A stretch of DNA of 64,000 nt from Marsupella aquatica (Eukaryota > Plantae > Marchantiophyta), in assembly GCA_973895155.1 (NCBI GenBank), contig OZ316895.1, positions 680,435 through 744,434 on the forward strand, given 5' to 3'. Under the pieces are notes generated by a model. That model was given only the letters and a program-made list of their open reading frames with translations. It made no database searches and was not told the DNA's origin. This document shows positions 28,072-41,372 of the stretch, in pieces; position 1 is the first letter of the stretch, and each line of letters opens with the position of its first letter. Made by a program: the position numbers and the translations under genes.

Positions 28072-30728
28072 CTAAGTCTTTGGAAAAGCATTAGAAAGAT
28101 GCTTCACCCATGTAGGGCGCTTGGAAATGTCACTCCACCATGCTTGTACAGCTGGTCGCTTGGCAAAGATCTCACCTTTCCCAGCATGATTAATTAGATA
28201 GTGAGTAAATGGGAGGTGGGATAGGTCTGCTAAACTAAAGAAATCACCCGCCAAGTACTTTTGTCCAGGTTTTGAAAGATGTAGCTGATACACATCCAAG
28301 ACTTTTTCTAGCTTCTCTAGATGTACATTGGCTACTTCAGGGTCACCCACTTTGCCAAACCAGGCTGCAAATACCAAGTTGTACACAATTGGACCAATTG
28401 CAGGGTTGTAGTTGTGGGCCTCAACTTCCAACCATTGCTCCACCATGCATTTATCTTTCTCAGTTGATCCATACAATGGAGTCCCTTTTCCCTCATACTT
28501 TCGAGCAATATATCTTATAATTGCTCTTGACTCTGCAGTGGGTGAGATATCACATATGAACATGTTTGAAGGAATGGATGTGCCTTAAGGGAGAACTAAT
28601 AAATTGTCTCGTATGGCCACAATTTTCATTGTTATTCAGTCCTTGAGGATGAAACATTATATTGCTTGCAATGCTATGTTTTGTTATATTTTCCAAATCT
28701 ATGTGTTCTAATCACTAGTTGCCAAAAGTAAAGCACCCTTACAATATTGTATTTGACACTGCTATATAGAGTGAATCCAACTTTCATGTTTTGTCTTATT
28801 GAAATTTTGTGCCTTAACAAGATGGGTCCTTTTTGTTAATTATATTTTGAGTTAGCTTTTGGACCCCTTTTAAATTTAGTTTTACTTTTGGCAAATGTTT
28901 AATTTTTCCTTTTCAATCACTCTTTAGTGATTTCTATCTTTTCTCATGAGAGTGAGAAAAATAATTTTGAATAATGTGCACATTTGATGTACTAAGTTCC
29001 CCTCATGGATTCCTTTACAAAATGTATGGATTTAATTGACTATCATTACCTAGTAGCAAATGAAAATGCACAATTTTTCAGTATCCTTGTACTTTCCTCA
29101 TCATTATGTGCTTTTCTTTGCAGGTGTACTTATGGTTGTGTGTATTGTCTCACTCACAATCATAAATAAATGAGATGAATTACATATCACTACAAGAAAA
29201 AAAAGGAGGCATGTTCCAGGATGAACATGGTTTAATTAAAAACTACACTTCATGATATTCCAAACGGTCAGTGATTCAACCCATTTGTAACATGATACCG
29301 ATTTACTTTTGGGCTTTATCGACCCATCTAGAGGGTAGGAAGTTTCTGCACTGTATGCTATATTATCATGATGATTGACAAATTACATCATACCACATTT
29401 GGCCATTAATTAAATTACCAGCATCGACCACAAGTTCAAATCATTCACAAACTTTCTTGCACATATTGAGCCAATCATGATTCAAAGTTTGAACAGTAAA
29501 ATCATGGTGACAAAACCTAAGAATCCTCATTCTTGACAAAGTGCTCTGACCAGACTCTAGCTTGCAGCCTACCAAGTAGATCACAACGGGAAATTGCTTA
29601 CCGTAGAGAATCACATCTTTGTCTTGCAACACTGGGATCAAACCAAAGGGCTGGATATGGCAACATGCACATATAGCAGCAAATCCATCAGATGCTCAAT
29701 AAAGGCAAATGTAATTTTTCATATGAACACAAGGAAAAGCAACTAAGCCTTTACTACCTGAAGTTTAAACCGCCACTGTCCATCGGACAAACCTGGATCC
29801 ACCAGATTTCCTAATTTAGGCGAAACTCCATCTCCCCTACATTCTCGACATTTGGGGCAGGTCACTTTTTGGCCCGGTCAGCCTTACACCTGTCCGGCTG
29901 CCCTTACTTGTTTTACGGAGGAACCGATTGTTTTAGAAGCCTAGTTTAGCAAGTGTACTCCACCAGTGTGCACAGCTGTGTCCCCGCCAGTGTCCACAGC
30001 AACGCGAGTGTCTCACAAGCCAAGTTGAGAAATGTCCTCCTTGGTGCTGCTTAGCAATAGCGAGAGCGATAGCAATACAGCTCAACAGAGCCAGGTTTTA
30101 TCAACGTAGCGTGCCTGAGCGATTCCACGGCAACGACGCAGCATTCGTGATCAGCATTTGTTCCCTTGGCAAGGCTTCCTCTTGGCAAGGCTCCCAATTC
30201 TAAAAAGGACCTCCTAATTCTAAAACGGACCATCTAATGAACGAATGAAAGATGTCCCCGACTACAGATTTCTTGTAGGCAATGAAATCCATAGGTATAG
30301 GACAGGGAAAAGGCAGCAGATTCTCGAGCCCAGCTGACCGAGGAACCGCCATGGCTATGGCAGCATAGCAGCTTTCCTGCACATGAACGCACTCACACAC
30401 CTACCTGACGAAATGAATGAGCGAAAAACTTTTTGGCTTACTCACTAACCCAACACGTATTGCGGAGCCCTCCTTGGGCACCTGAGGAGAAAATGAACTG
30501 CCCGGGTCTTGGCGCATGCGGTATTTATATGGACAGTGGCGGTTTAAGGAACTCAGGTTTTTTGTGATCTTGGGTTTTAACAATGTCAACTGTGGTTAGA
30601 TCGTAGTCCACATTCTTTTCTTTGAGCGCCATTATAACTCGGCTTGTGCATATTGAGGGACTAATACCCCACACTCTAACTTTCAAGGAATTGACTTCCT
30701 TGTCCTTGTCTTTCCCACTGGTTGCCAT
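28072..30728 (-). pseudogene. GSTF: Phi-class glutathione S-transferase, exon 1 interrupted by a TIR element (probable null allele)
   Basis: Canonical 3-exon GSTF layout. Exon 1 MATS...SICTSRVIMALKEK...HKKPEFLK[insertion]LQ; exon 2 PFGLIPVLQDKDVILY (~29650-29602); exon 3 ESRAIIRYIA...VEQWLEVEAHNY...YLAGDFFSLADLSHLP. Read-through into the insert stops at 30525. Confidence 0.85.
29769..30543. mobile_element. 775-bp non-autonomous DNA transposon with perfect 15-bp TIRs at a duplicated TTAA (or TA) site
   Basis: TTAA|ACCGCCACTGTCCAT (29769-29783) ... ATGGACAGTGGCGGT|TTAA (30529-30543). Removing the element plus one TTAA restores GAG TTC CTT AAA CTT CAG|gt (EFLKLQ). Confidence 0.9.
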
Positions 30729-32851
30729 GTTTTGGTTAATCTTGCATATCAACAGTCCCAGTCCAATAGTTTTATTATAAAAGGTGTTGACAATCATAAA
30801 CTAAAGTAACCTGATAGAGTCTCTGTCCAAACAGTTGAAACAAAGTGTCCAGATGATAATTATGTGTAAATCAAGGTTTAGACGCATCAATGTATCTACT
30901 GATTTGGATGAATATGCCGATCTTGAAGATTTGAAGTTTTTTGGACAAGATGCCTAGGAAGAGCTGGATGTCCAAAATTTACAAACAACATTGGGAAAGT
31001 GCAATTGCTCATAAGATTTCAACAATAAATATGCAAATTAAAGAGACTGGAGAGTGTTTTCTAGATTCAACACAATGCTCCAAAACAAAACATTCTTAAT
31101 CAAATGTCCCAGGGAAACCTATAGAAACTCCATACATTAATGCAATTTGAGGGAGTAAAGGATAAAATTCTTGAAGATACTAAATATTAAGATACTTCCA
31201 ACTTTCTTCAACATAGATGTTGACCATGGTATTGGAGGTAGAAATTAGCGCTGCAAAAATTCATAACAATGTTATTTTTTTGTCTATTCATACTCCAAAA
31301 CAAGATTGCCATACAGACTTGAGTCACAGTTCAGGGTGATATGTTTGAACAGACAAACTCACCACGGACTTAGGTCAAAATTCTACACTCTAAACAGGAT
31401 CTCATAGCTTAACAGATTCAAGTTCTCTCTTCTCCCAATCCATTGCGTCTTTCTTCTATATAACCATTTTCCAGTACTAAGAGGCTGCACAAATAGTTGT
31501 CAACCTAGTCAATCTTAAACTTTCATTTCCAATTCACAGTGATTGTCTTTAAATGGTAACTTCATTGTCACGATGCTTATGAATGGAACAAGAGCTTCAC
31601 AAAATAATAAACTTAGGTCAAACTTCCAAGGTCCTTACTCCTCAAAATATTAATTTACTCCCCAGATTTAGTCAACATCAATTGAGATCTCATCATTTGG
31701 TATGAAATGATAAATAGACATTTATATTAGGCTAGGATCGCACGTGGTATCCCAAAATATACACTTAGTTAACCCCCCGAGGATAAATTGTAGGCTGTGT
31801 GTACTAATACAGATGGAAGCTAGCATCATTTTGTACAAGAATATCATTCTCCAAAGGTTACTGGGTTTGGTTACTGTAGTAAAGGAGTAAATACCTCATC
31901 AGACAACACCCATTATTTGTTTAGTTCATTGGAAGTAGCAGTCATGATCAAAACAAACCCAGCTCTAACCTTTAATTACTAGTCATAAGTGATTGCTAGT
32001 AGTAGCACCATGAGCTCCTGGTTGACCTGATTGTGATGCAATGAGTAGCATTGCCATCAGAGTCACAGGCTGGGATTATAAAATGGTCCCTACTACACAC
32101 AGATTAGGGCTCAGGAACAACAAACCAAAGCTGCTCCTGTGTTGGAAAGTTCCCATAAGCATATATGAGGGGAATTTGTGTTCTAAAACTCTCACCAAAC
32201 CATTAGTCAGCTGTGATAAGTTGATCAGTTGAAACTCGTTGCTGGCTCCTTCTATGCTAGAGCGTCAGAGCAGCGCAAAGATACTAATGTATTCGAGGAA
32301 AACATTATGGGAGTTTGGTTGGCTTCCAAATTGAGGTGCACCCCAGCATGGGTGGTCCTGGTGTACCATCAATTGTCAACACCATTTCCATGGCACATTG
32401 GTGGTGCCTTTGTTAAGGATGACTGACCATAGCTTGAGATCCACAGATGATCTCAAGGAGCTAGTGGGTGCATTGCAAAATGGTTGACTAGGGTAACTAC
32501 CAGGTTGAGATCAGGGCACTAGTAACCAAAACACTCAATGCCTGAAAATCTGACAACTTTACATTGATTAGCTGAACTGACTTTGTGAAATTAAATTAGT
32601 GGGTTCAGTCAACACCTACAGTAGTTACAGTAAGGGTTTCTGGTGGTAAGGGTCTAAAATGCTCTTACTCACTCTATGACCTTGTTTAGAAGATAGTTAC
32701 CGCTTCTCGTATAAATTGTTTCTTTCCTTAAACCACCACTGGCCATATAAAACGGGAAATGTCCAAGACTTCTCCCTTTTTTTGCTTATGTAAGGGGCAC
32801 CACAATCTACAGGAAGCTACCCTAGATCCTTGACAGAGTACATCACCACAG

Positions 32852-33282
32852 CCAGGTTTGGACTTGCCCGGCAAATAGAGACTTTAGAGTCCGTCAACCG
32901 GAAACCCAGACCGTCCCGGCCCAGGCGATCTTTTCCCAGGCCCGGCCATGACCTCCTGGCCCACCTCCCGGCCCCGGCTGGCTCACACCCCACCCTGACC
33001 CTGTCCCGGCCTGTCCCGGCCTGTCCCGGCCCAACCCCCGGCCTGTCCTGGTCCATCCCCTGGCCTGTCCTGGCCCTGACCCCAGCCTGTCCCGGCCTGT
33101 CCCTCTGGGGGTCCCGACCTATCCTGGGTGGTCCCGGCCTACCCCGGCCCCACCCCACACCCGGCGCGGCCTGGGTCTGGGGAATAACAAGGAATATCTG
33201 GCATTTGGGCCGATTTTTGCCCGGCAAATGCTGAGTTTACGTGCCCGGCAACTCGACAAGTTGCCTGTCACTTCAAACCTGG
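32852..33282. mobile_element. hAT-like MITE, copy 1 (431 bp)
   Basis: Ends CCAGGTTTG...CAAACCTGG, flanked by 8-bp near-identical direct repeats caccacag/caccacat. Subterminal TGCCCGGCAA motifs; C-rich low-complexity interior. Confidence 0.75.
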
Positions 33283-34796
33283 CACCACATGATAACTGGA
33301 GGGTGAGGAGTTAGTGTAGCTGGCTGCCCCTCCCCACCCATTTTGAAATGAATATTCCATCCGACTTCTTTCATGAGTATTGATTGATGCTTGTGAAATG
33401 GAATCTTTCTGTTTGCCTGAACGTGTGTTAGGCTAGGGTAAGGGAAATTCTGACAGTCGGACCATTTTGGGATGGCGATCTGATTATTAAACTAAGATAT
33501 TGAAACTGCTATATGGTGAATCTATCTTCCAGTATTTTGTCTTATTCAAACTTATTTTCTTGTGTATTTTAATTCAATGTGTCTTACCAAGGTGCATCCC
33601 TTGTATACTTTAGATTTTGAGTTTAATCTGGCACCCCTCTAAATTTTTCAATCTTTGATATACTTTTGATCATCCACCCTTTAACAAAACTCACGGAAGT
33701 TCTAACCCTTAGTGAAGAAGAAATGATTTAATTAAAGTGCACTCCTCATGTCTTTAAGTTCTACTCATGGTTTTGTGTCCTAAATTTATGGTTTTAATTC
33801 ATTTGAGTGTCATTACCTAAGATAAGTACATAAGTATCTTTACTGGTGTATAGTATGTGCAGAACCCAATACCATAGACTTAAATTTTTACTGTTGATTA
33901 TTATTTTTCTTTACATGTGTACTTTTACTCTTGTATCTTATGTGCACAACTTTTCAATATCAGGCTTCCTAATCAATGTCCTATTTATATTTGCCACAAA
34001 AAAATTAGATCACTTGTATTTCACTAAAAAAACTTAAACTTTTTGTTAGAGTACAAAATAACTTTTCATGTTCCAGGATGAGTATGCTATAGTGACAAGG
34101 TAGTAATTAAGAGAAAAAAAAATGATGGCAATGTGATAATTCCCTAAGTTCTAAGTATAACGTGGACCACTTATGATCCAGGGTACACGTAGAGCATCTC
34201 TAACACTCCTGGGCATCTGGCAAGTGTAAGGTAAATACCCAATCTGACAGCATTTGTTTTCAGTCTACCATAGGAAGCTATAATGATAATCTGACACTTA
34301 GCCCCAACCAGCCAGTTTTTCTTCTCTTTTTAAATTCACCAAGGTGGCCACTAGCTCTGGAAGGACTGAAGGAGGGCAGATACTTTACAGTACATAAAGA
34401 CATTTATCTAGTTATTCGATCAGTTGAATCGTACTTTGTGGTGAACGTTCCCCCACCATGGATTCAATGGCAGGGAGGGCACTAACTTTACATAAGGACA
34501 AACTTTTGTGATTTTTCTCTTTGTAGTTCAAGGGACATTAATTTTCCACAGTGCTTCCCGTCTTTGGAGAGGGGAGTATGGGAAATACCATAAATCTAGG
34601 AAGTGTAAAAGAGGAAAAAAAACTTTACCATATGAAACTCATTAAAATATTGTCTTGGAGAACGCAGATTGTATCCAGAATGTACTGTATTGCATGGCTG
34701 AATAGTTCCCATTTTTAACTTCATCTAGGTTCTCAACCAATTGTATGCCAACAAATTGTTCCATGGCCCTTTAATTTTTTCTATCCATTTCATAAG

Positions 34797-36778
34797 TTTT
34801 TTTTTTTTTTTTTGGTGTCCAAAAAAATCACTCAAGTGTTTATAGGTGTTTTTTAAAAAATCACTTTAAGAGAAATATACACACTTTTTATATACAAAGG
34901 GACCAAACAGAGTACAAATGAACAAACAAAAGAGGGCCCAAGTGGACAAAACCAATCGAAAAAGAAGTGAGCAAAAGGGAACCACTAAACACCAAGAAAG
35001 AGGAACTAAAAGTAAGAAATGAACAATAGGGAACCCCTAAAAACCAAGAAAGAGAGAGAGACTAAAACTAACCCAAGCGGACCGAGGTCCTCATCATTCC
35101 TACTGATTGTGGCAAAAAGCTAATGGTCCACATCAAGAGTCAAAACTAGATCGGCAAGTGGGATTGGAACATCCTCAAGGGGAGCTAGCCGCTGCGGAGG
35201 CACACTAGCACCCACTGTAAGAGATCGACGATAGATGGCCCGAGCTTGAGCACGCTGTGAGGTGACTGAAATGCGTTGGTGAAAGTGCGTGGTCAAAATA
35301 GAAAGTGGGGGTCCGGTGGGACCCATTCGGCCATGAACATCCCGGGCAGCTTGCCGAAGAAGCCCATCAAACTGAGGATGAAGACGCCCAAATAGTTCCA
35401 CAGCAAGGGGGAGGAAGCTGTCGGATGAAGCTCGTGCAGCATATTTGGCCTCCTTCGTTGTTGCCGCACGTGACGCTGCTGCCCCTGCCGTAGTTGCCGC
35501 TGTCCCAATGATGTCTTGGTGCAATGGGTTTGCCACCACAACATCTGCCAAAGTACGTTGACCCTCACGGACCATGGTAAGATCCACCCGTAACCGCTGT
35601 GATGGAGGACCAGGTAACTCGAGTACCACCTCCCGCCGCACGCATACCAAAGAGCCAGAGAGAACCTGAGCAGTCGCATCTCGCACAGCGTCGTGAACAA
35701 TAATGGTTTCACCTCCCAAACTGCACCGAAGAAGATGGACACCTGTGGCATCACAAGGCTTCCCACAAGTGCAAGAAGGAGGTAACCCTGCAAGAAGTGG
35801 GTGGGGCAGCCCCAGACGAAGACGCATGGCTGTGGAGAACTCCGTTGAAGACATCCGCAAATGAGGAATGACTGGATTGGCCTGAAGCCATCCACCTACG
35901 CCCTTCCCTCCGGAAGAAAGAATCCGAGCTCGGTCCGTGTCAGGTGCCTCGGAGAGGATGCTGGAAAGGGTGAAAGTGTGCATACGCCCAGCGAGGTCTG
36001 CCTGAAGACGAACGGGATCCAAGGATAAAAACTCCTGGAAAGAAGGTAACGCGGCGCGAACGGGATCTGGTAATGAGGACCGCGCTGCGCGCAAATGAAC
36101 CTGAAACGGGAGGGAACCCTCCTCTACCTCCATGAGAGATGAAAGTAAAAAAGGGCGATCCTCAATAAGAAAACGATCGGCCAACAACGAGAAGGCGGCC
36201 GCCCATGCACCCAAAAAGGCCAAAGGTGCAAGGCTCTCAATGGAAGTAAGCCCAAAACCACCCTGCGAAATAGGAAGACTGAGTTGTCGATGAAGCCACG
36301 GAGATGAGAGCAACGTACCCGGACCTAAAAGAGAGGCCAGGGTCTGACGAATGGAGACATCAAATGCTCGAAGGTGGAGACAAAGATCCTCGGTAGGGGG
36401 ATGCGTCCTAGCCAGATAAGACGCACGAGGGTGGATGCACCTCAACAACATCCCAAATGCTGCCTAAGAATCTGCTAACTTAGGGAGCATAGGAGTATGG
36501 GCTAAGGCAGCCTGTATAGAGTCAGCGATGAAAGATGAGCAAAAGGAGGCGGTACCGACTGGGGAACCAAGGACCCGAAGACCATCGGCTGGACGTAAGA
36601 ACCCTGGGGGAAGCACAAGATCAGAGGGTAACCCAGCTGGACTCCATGCACGACTCTTCACAGGCTGAACTCGTAAACCGAGGCCCATCAAATGGGTGGA
36701 AAGAGTGGCGAGGGCAGAAGTAACCGCGGCAGGAGGACCAATGATGTGGGTGTCATCTGAAAGGGAGGGGAAGTCCAT
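34797..36778 (-). mobile_element. 5'-truncated non-LTR retrotransposon with restriction-like endonuclease (CRE/R2-group-like)
   Basis: RT C-terminal part (SLSDDTHIIG, GLRVQPVKS, LRVLGSPVG, LPISQGGFGL), then CTCG..HLLRC zinc motif, HDAVRD, RVDL...DVVV and KEAKY...FLPLAVELFG (PD-(D/E)xK RLE). One in-frame TAG at 36464. 3'UTR and poly(A) seen as a T-run at 34797-34813. No TSD found. Confidence 0.85.
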
Positions 36779-39054
36779 GAAATCTCACCAAGAGGGAATA
36801 GTCAGTCACAACATTTGATATTTAGACCTATGAGTCTCAACTCCAGTGAGCTACCAGACAACCATACCTCTCTAGGTTTTTACATGTGTTAATGTCCTAG
36901 TTATGTGAATTGTGAGATAAAGCACTCAAAACTTGGGCTCATGTCCTTGGCTTTTGGGGGCATTGTATCTCACAATGTACTCTACCTGGACATTATCCTA
37001 TTCATAAGCACATTTGTCTAGTTATTAGTACCCATAGTAAGTGGCAGATACGGTACTGTGACTCTAATCGCATAATTGACAGTGAGAGCCCAGACCAAAA
37101 GCAGGGATGAGGGCAAAGATAAATGGGAAATAGTAAAGAATGTTTTCCCTATGCCTTCTTTTTACCTATGTTCGGGGACTGTGACTCTAAAAGCATACTT
37201 GAAAGTGAGGGCGCATACCCAAAACACATATGAGGGCAAACATGAGTGGAATATAATAAAGAATTTTTTTCGCTATGCCTTTGTTTATGGTCACATCTAT
37301 TTATAGTAGGATCCATCGGAATGGGTAATATATTTTACAAGTACTGCCAGAAAGACAGGTAGAGTGCCAAACTGGGAGACATGATCCGAAAGGCAAAAGA
37401 AAACAATAAAGGAGGGAGGGGAAAGACCCCAAGAATACCAAAGAAGTAATCAGGCTAGTTATACAAATCCCATAACGCAAAAAGGTAACCCGAAAATCCA
37501 ATCCTTGAAAATCCGACACCATTACAATGAATGGGGTTGGATTCGACCTGATTTTTTGCCTTTTGTTTATTTGGCTTGGTCAACACCCCTTTTGGGTACC
37601 CACACCCTACAGTAGTATAGTAGTACTTAAGTTTGGAGAGAGTTGGAGATGCTTTTAGACACGGTGTACTGTAGAACGCGCGAAAGCGAGTGACACAATA
37701 ATGCCATAAAGGGATCTCCAGGACGTCCCTGTATTAATTAACTAATTAATTATTGATACTTTACAGGGTTTGCACTGTGGACCTGGTGCGTTGACGAAAG
37801 AGAGCAGAAGTCCAACCTCAAGGAAATCACGCGAACTTCATCTGCACCTTCCTGTCACCACTTGGAGAACCGAATGACTGTTGGGCTTCATTCCACCGAA
37901 TTGTAGATTGGTTTCTCCAAGCAGCGAACGATGTTCTCCGCCCGAGCGTAGTCAACACGCGTAAGATGTCCCAGCCGTGAAATTTACCAGTGAATAATTA
38001 TAAAGGGTCTCCCGCTGTGACTTCAAAATCGTATGTCAACAGAAATCGCCAAAAAATTTCAACTTTCTAGACGCTCAGTAGGAAGGTGGAGGGGAGTGAA
38101 GACGGCGCCTGGAATTCGATCCAAGCAGCCATTGCTACTAGATCGAGGGGAGGAGTAGTGCTGCTAGTCGACCACAGCTAAGCATTACGAGGTGTTGTCT
38201 AAGAGGAGGAAGCAGGAAGCGCCCCTCTTTGTAGGAATCGTGCCGTAGCGTTCCTGTTTCTTCGTGACCAGTCTGGTAAGTGGCGAGCACCTCATTTGTA
38301 TCTCGCTTCGCCCAACATGTCTGATACACTTTTGCTTTCAAGGTTTCCATCGAGGTACACATTAAGAGGAACAGCTCGCAAAGGGAGGCGAGCCTGTGAT
38401 AGAATTGAAAAATTGATATTCCCAGCGAAGTGATGGCCCAATTTACAAAATGTTGACAGATCGACGAGATAGAAATTCGTACACCATAGTCGTTGGTGAG
38501 CCGCTTCAGCCTAGCCCTCCGCCAATTCCTCAGCCTTTTAGGTGCTCAACAGGCACCAATGCGGATGCACTTGACGTCCAATGGGAAGGTGTCTGCAAGC
38601 CTTTGCAGCTGTGTTTTGAAGAACCAACTTGGTTGACAAGCCATTGTTTCCTAAGGGTACACTAGGCACTGATGAGCCGGCAGAAGTGTGCACCCATGGA
38701 GGATGGACCATTTCACACATCGTTACCTCACGTTTGATAGACAGCAGTGATCTGGTCCTTGATGTCAGAGCTCGGAGTTCAAGGAGACTAAGCTTGATGT
38801 GAGGAACATTTTCTTAAGGATTTTTGTGTTCTTAACTTTGTTGCTTGGAAAGGAAAAGTGAGTGTTTTAATTCGCTTCCTTTCACAACAATGCTACTTTC
38901 TTCTATTAGGCGTGACGATGGTAGTCGAGGTATTTCAGGATGTTAACCTTCATACAAGATTTGCGACTCAACCCACTGCTCCTGTTGCAGAGCGTTATCG
39001 CGAGGTCATCTATTGCAGGCGTCTAGGCCAGCGGTGAGCTAGCGGGGAGGGGCG

Positions 39055-39647
39055 ATGGCTCTTTCAGTTCATTCATACAATCCATCTGGGTGTCACGATT
39101 ACTATGTGTTTTCCACAGGGAAGCTGATAGTTACATTACTAAAGGCTCGAGGCATCCGAGGCGATGAGATTCATGGTTTTGGTAATATCTCTATCTCTAG
39201 TTTCAGCGAGGTTTACTTTGCATTTGTATCCACAGGTGTTGCACTAGTCTAAGTTTGACCTCGTTTACCAGATAACTTCTTTGATCTCATGAAGATGTGC
39301 TTGGAGATAGCCATCTGTGAATCATCATAAGCAGTTCTCTTCTTCAAAAAAAATTCGAGTAGTAATTGAGGTACAAGTAATGATCTGAGCGTCAGCTTTC
39401 GTCATTCAGATCCTTCGAATGTTGAAAACCCCTTTTGAGAAATGAATCTCAACGATCCATAATCAACTATTAACGGCCGGGTTTCTGTGTTTGAATGCCT
39501 CCGCGTGATGGTCGTGTGATCCATGCATATACCGGACAGTTTTCCAGGCTAGTACTGGAGATGCTCTTATGAAAGAGATGCCACATATCAGCGTTCAGCT
39601 GACCCTCAGCACTGGTTACTTCCAGGGTGATCTCCTGAAGGAAAAAT
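39055..39647 (+). pseudogene. Deleted duplicate of the C2-gene locus: first C2 exon fused to a copy of 47721-48183
   Basis: 39066-39190 is near-identical to 44731-44855 (VHSYNPSG...GKLIVTLLKARGIRGDEIHGFG|gt). ~39197-39647 is near-identical to ~47721-48183. Downstream C2 exons are absent. Confidence 0.8.
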
Positions 39648-40952
39648 CATAGCTTTATAAGTGCAAACTAAGAAAGGTTGCACACTTAATCAATAATCCA
39701 ATGAGATTGCATTTACTGATAAGTGCACTTATCTAATTGGACACCAAATTTAGGGCAATGACTAGTGTGCTCACCGGTGGAGATGTCATTTAATAATAAG
39801 TGCAAATTTTAGGGGGTTGCACTTATCAAGGAATGGAAAAACTATTTAGTGCCCATGGGATCCGTCGTACTGAGAGTGTTGTTTATAGAGAGAGTTAACT
39901 GGATTAGCATGTGCCATACAATGAAAATACAACGAACTCAATCTGTACTTGCCCCTCCACTTGGTACTCTCTCCAAGAAAACAAATACACTCAGAAAAAA
40001 ATGAATATGTTTTTGAATGAAATGGCAATGCGTTGAGTACAACAAACTGAAAAGTCATCATGTGCATACTGAAAAGTCATCATGTGCATTGTTGTGACAT
40101 TTAAATGTTGATTGTGTTTTCCTTCACTCTGTACATTGTAACCTATTTTGCATTTATTTATTATTTACATCATAACATATTTTCTGCAATTACACCTTTC
40201 ATGCAATGCCATCTTTTGCGCAAGATTTTTTTTAGTTTGCAAATGAGATTTCATGTGCAATGACATCTTGAAACGCACAGGTATTGAACTCCTTGATGCA
40301 TTGACATTGTTTGCACAAAGTCATCTTTTTTGTAAAGAACATCTTTTATGTAATGACAACTTTGTGCAATCATGTCTTTTAGTTAATGGTGTCTTTTACT
40401 AAATGAAGTTTTGTGCAACATGAACTTTTACTTAACAATGTATTTCATGCAAGGACATCTTTCACATAATGATATCTTCTGTGCAATGCACAGTGATTGA
40501 ACTCATCATGTGTATTCTCTTCAAAAACTTCTATCTTGACTTTGTTTTTCTTACACTTTACTTTCTATAAATATTGTATCTTCCTTGGCACAAACATGTC
40601 ATATTTTGTTGGCAACATGTTTTGCGTAAACAACATCACCATTTACACAACAACTTACATAGTTTACTTAACAAGTTCTTTACTTAGCCTAACATTGTTT
40701 CTAACAACATTTTGTACGTAACAACCCATCGCTTAGTTCACAAAGGAGTTCACAACATCTTCCACTAATGACATCAAATACTTATCAACCCATTTTGTAC
40801 TTAACAAGAACTTTTTAGTTAACAACATCTTTTTACTTGCCAACATCTTTGACATAGCAACATCTTTGGCGTCATGACATTTTTTTACTTGACGACATCT
40901 TTCACATAACATCTTTAGTGATGCCATGTTTTTCCCTTAACAACATATTTTG

Positions 40953-41372
40953 CCCGGTTTGACCTTGCCCGTCAAATTGGCGGATTTTAGCCGTCAACCC
41001 GGTAATTGGCTGGGTGTTTAGGGGGTTTGGGATGGGTTCGGGAGGCTGGGGAGGAGTTCAGGGAGGACTTCGGAGAGGAGGACTTTGGGGAGGAGGAGTT
41101 TGGAGAGGAGGAGTTTGGGGAGGACTTCGGGGAGGCAAGGAGTTCAGGGAGGAGGTCGGGGAGGAGTTCAGGAGGCTCTGGGCCGGGTTTGGGTGGGCTG
41201 GGGCGGGATCCGGGCGGGATCCGGGCGGGTCGGGAGCCGGGTCAGGTCGAGAGTCCAGGAGAGTCCGGGGAAATACCGGGGAATATACATCAAACTGACC
41301 ATTTTGGGGCTGTCATTTGATGGTTTTTATGTGCCCGGCAAGCCATCAACTTGCCCGTCAGGTTAGACCTGG
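40953..41372. mobile_element. hAT-like MITE, copy 2 (420 bp)
   Basis: Ends CCCGGTTTGA...TAGACCTGG with 8-bp flanks atattttg/atcttttg. Same subterminal TTGCCCG motifs as 32852-33282; G-rich (GGAGGA) interior. Confidence 0.7.

Noticed and set aside
32817-33234. Pro/Gly-rich ORFs here and at 41006-41366
   Set aside because: They arise from GC-rich low-complexity MITE interiors that lack stop codons.
37700-38750. Coding-like composition with several short ORFs
   Set aside because: No consistent frame, splice model or recognisable motif.
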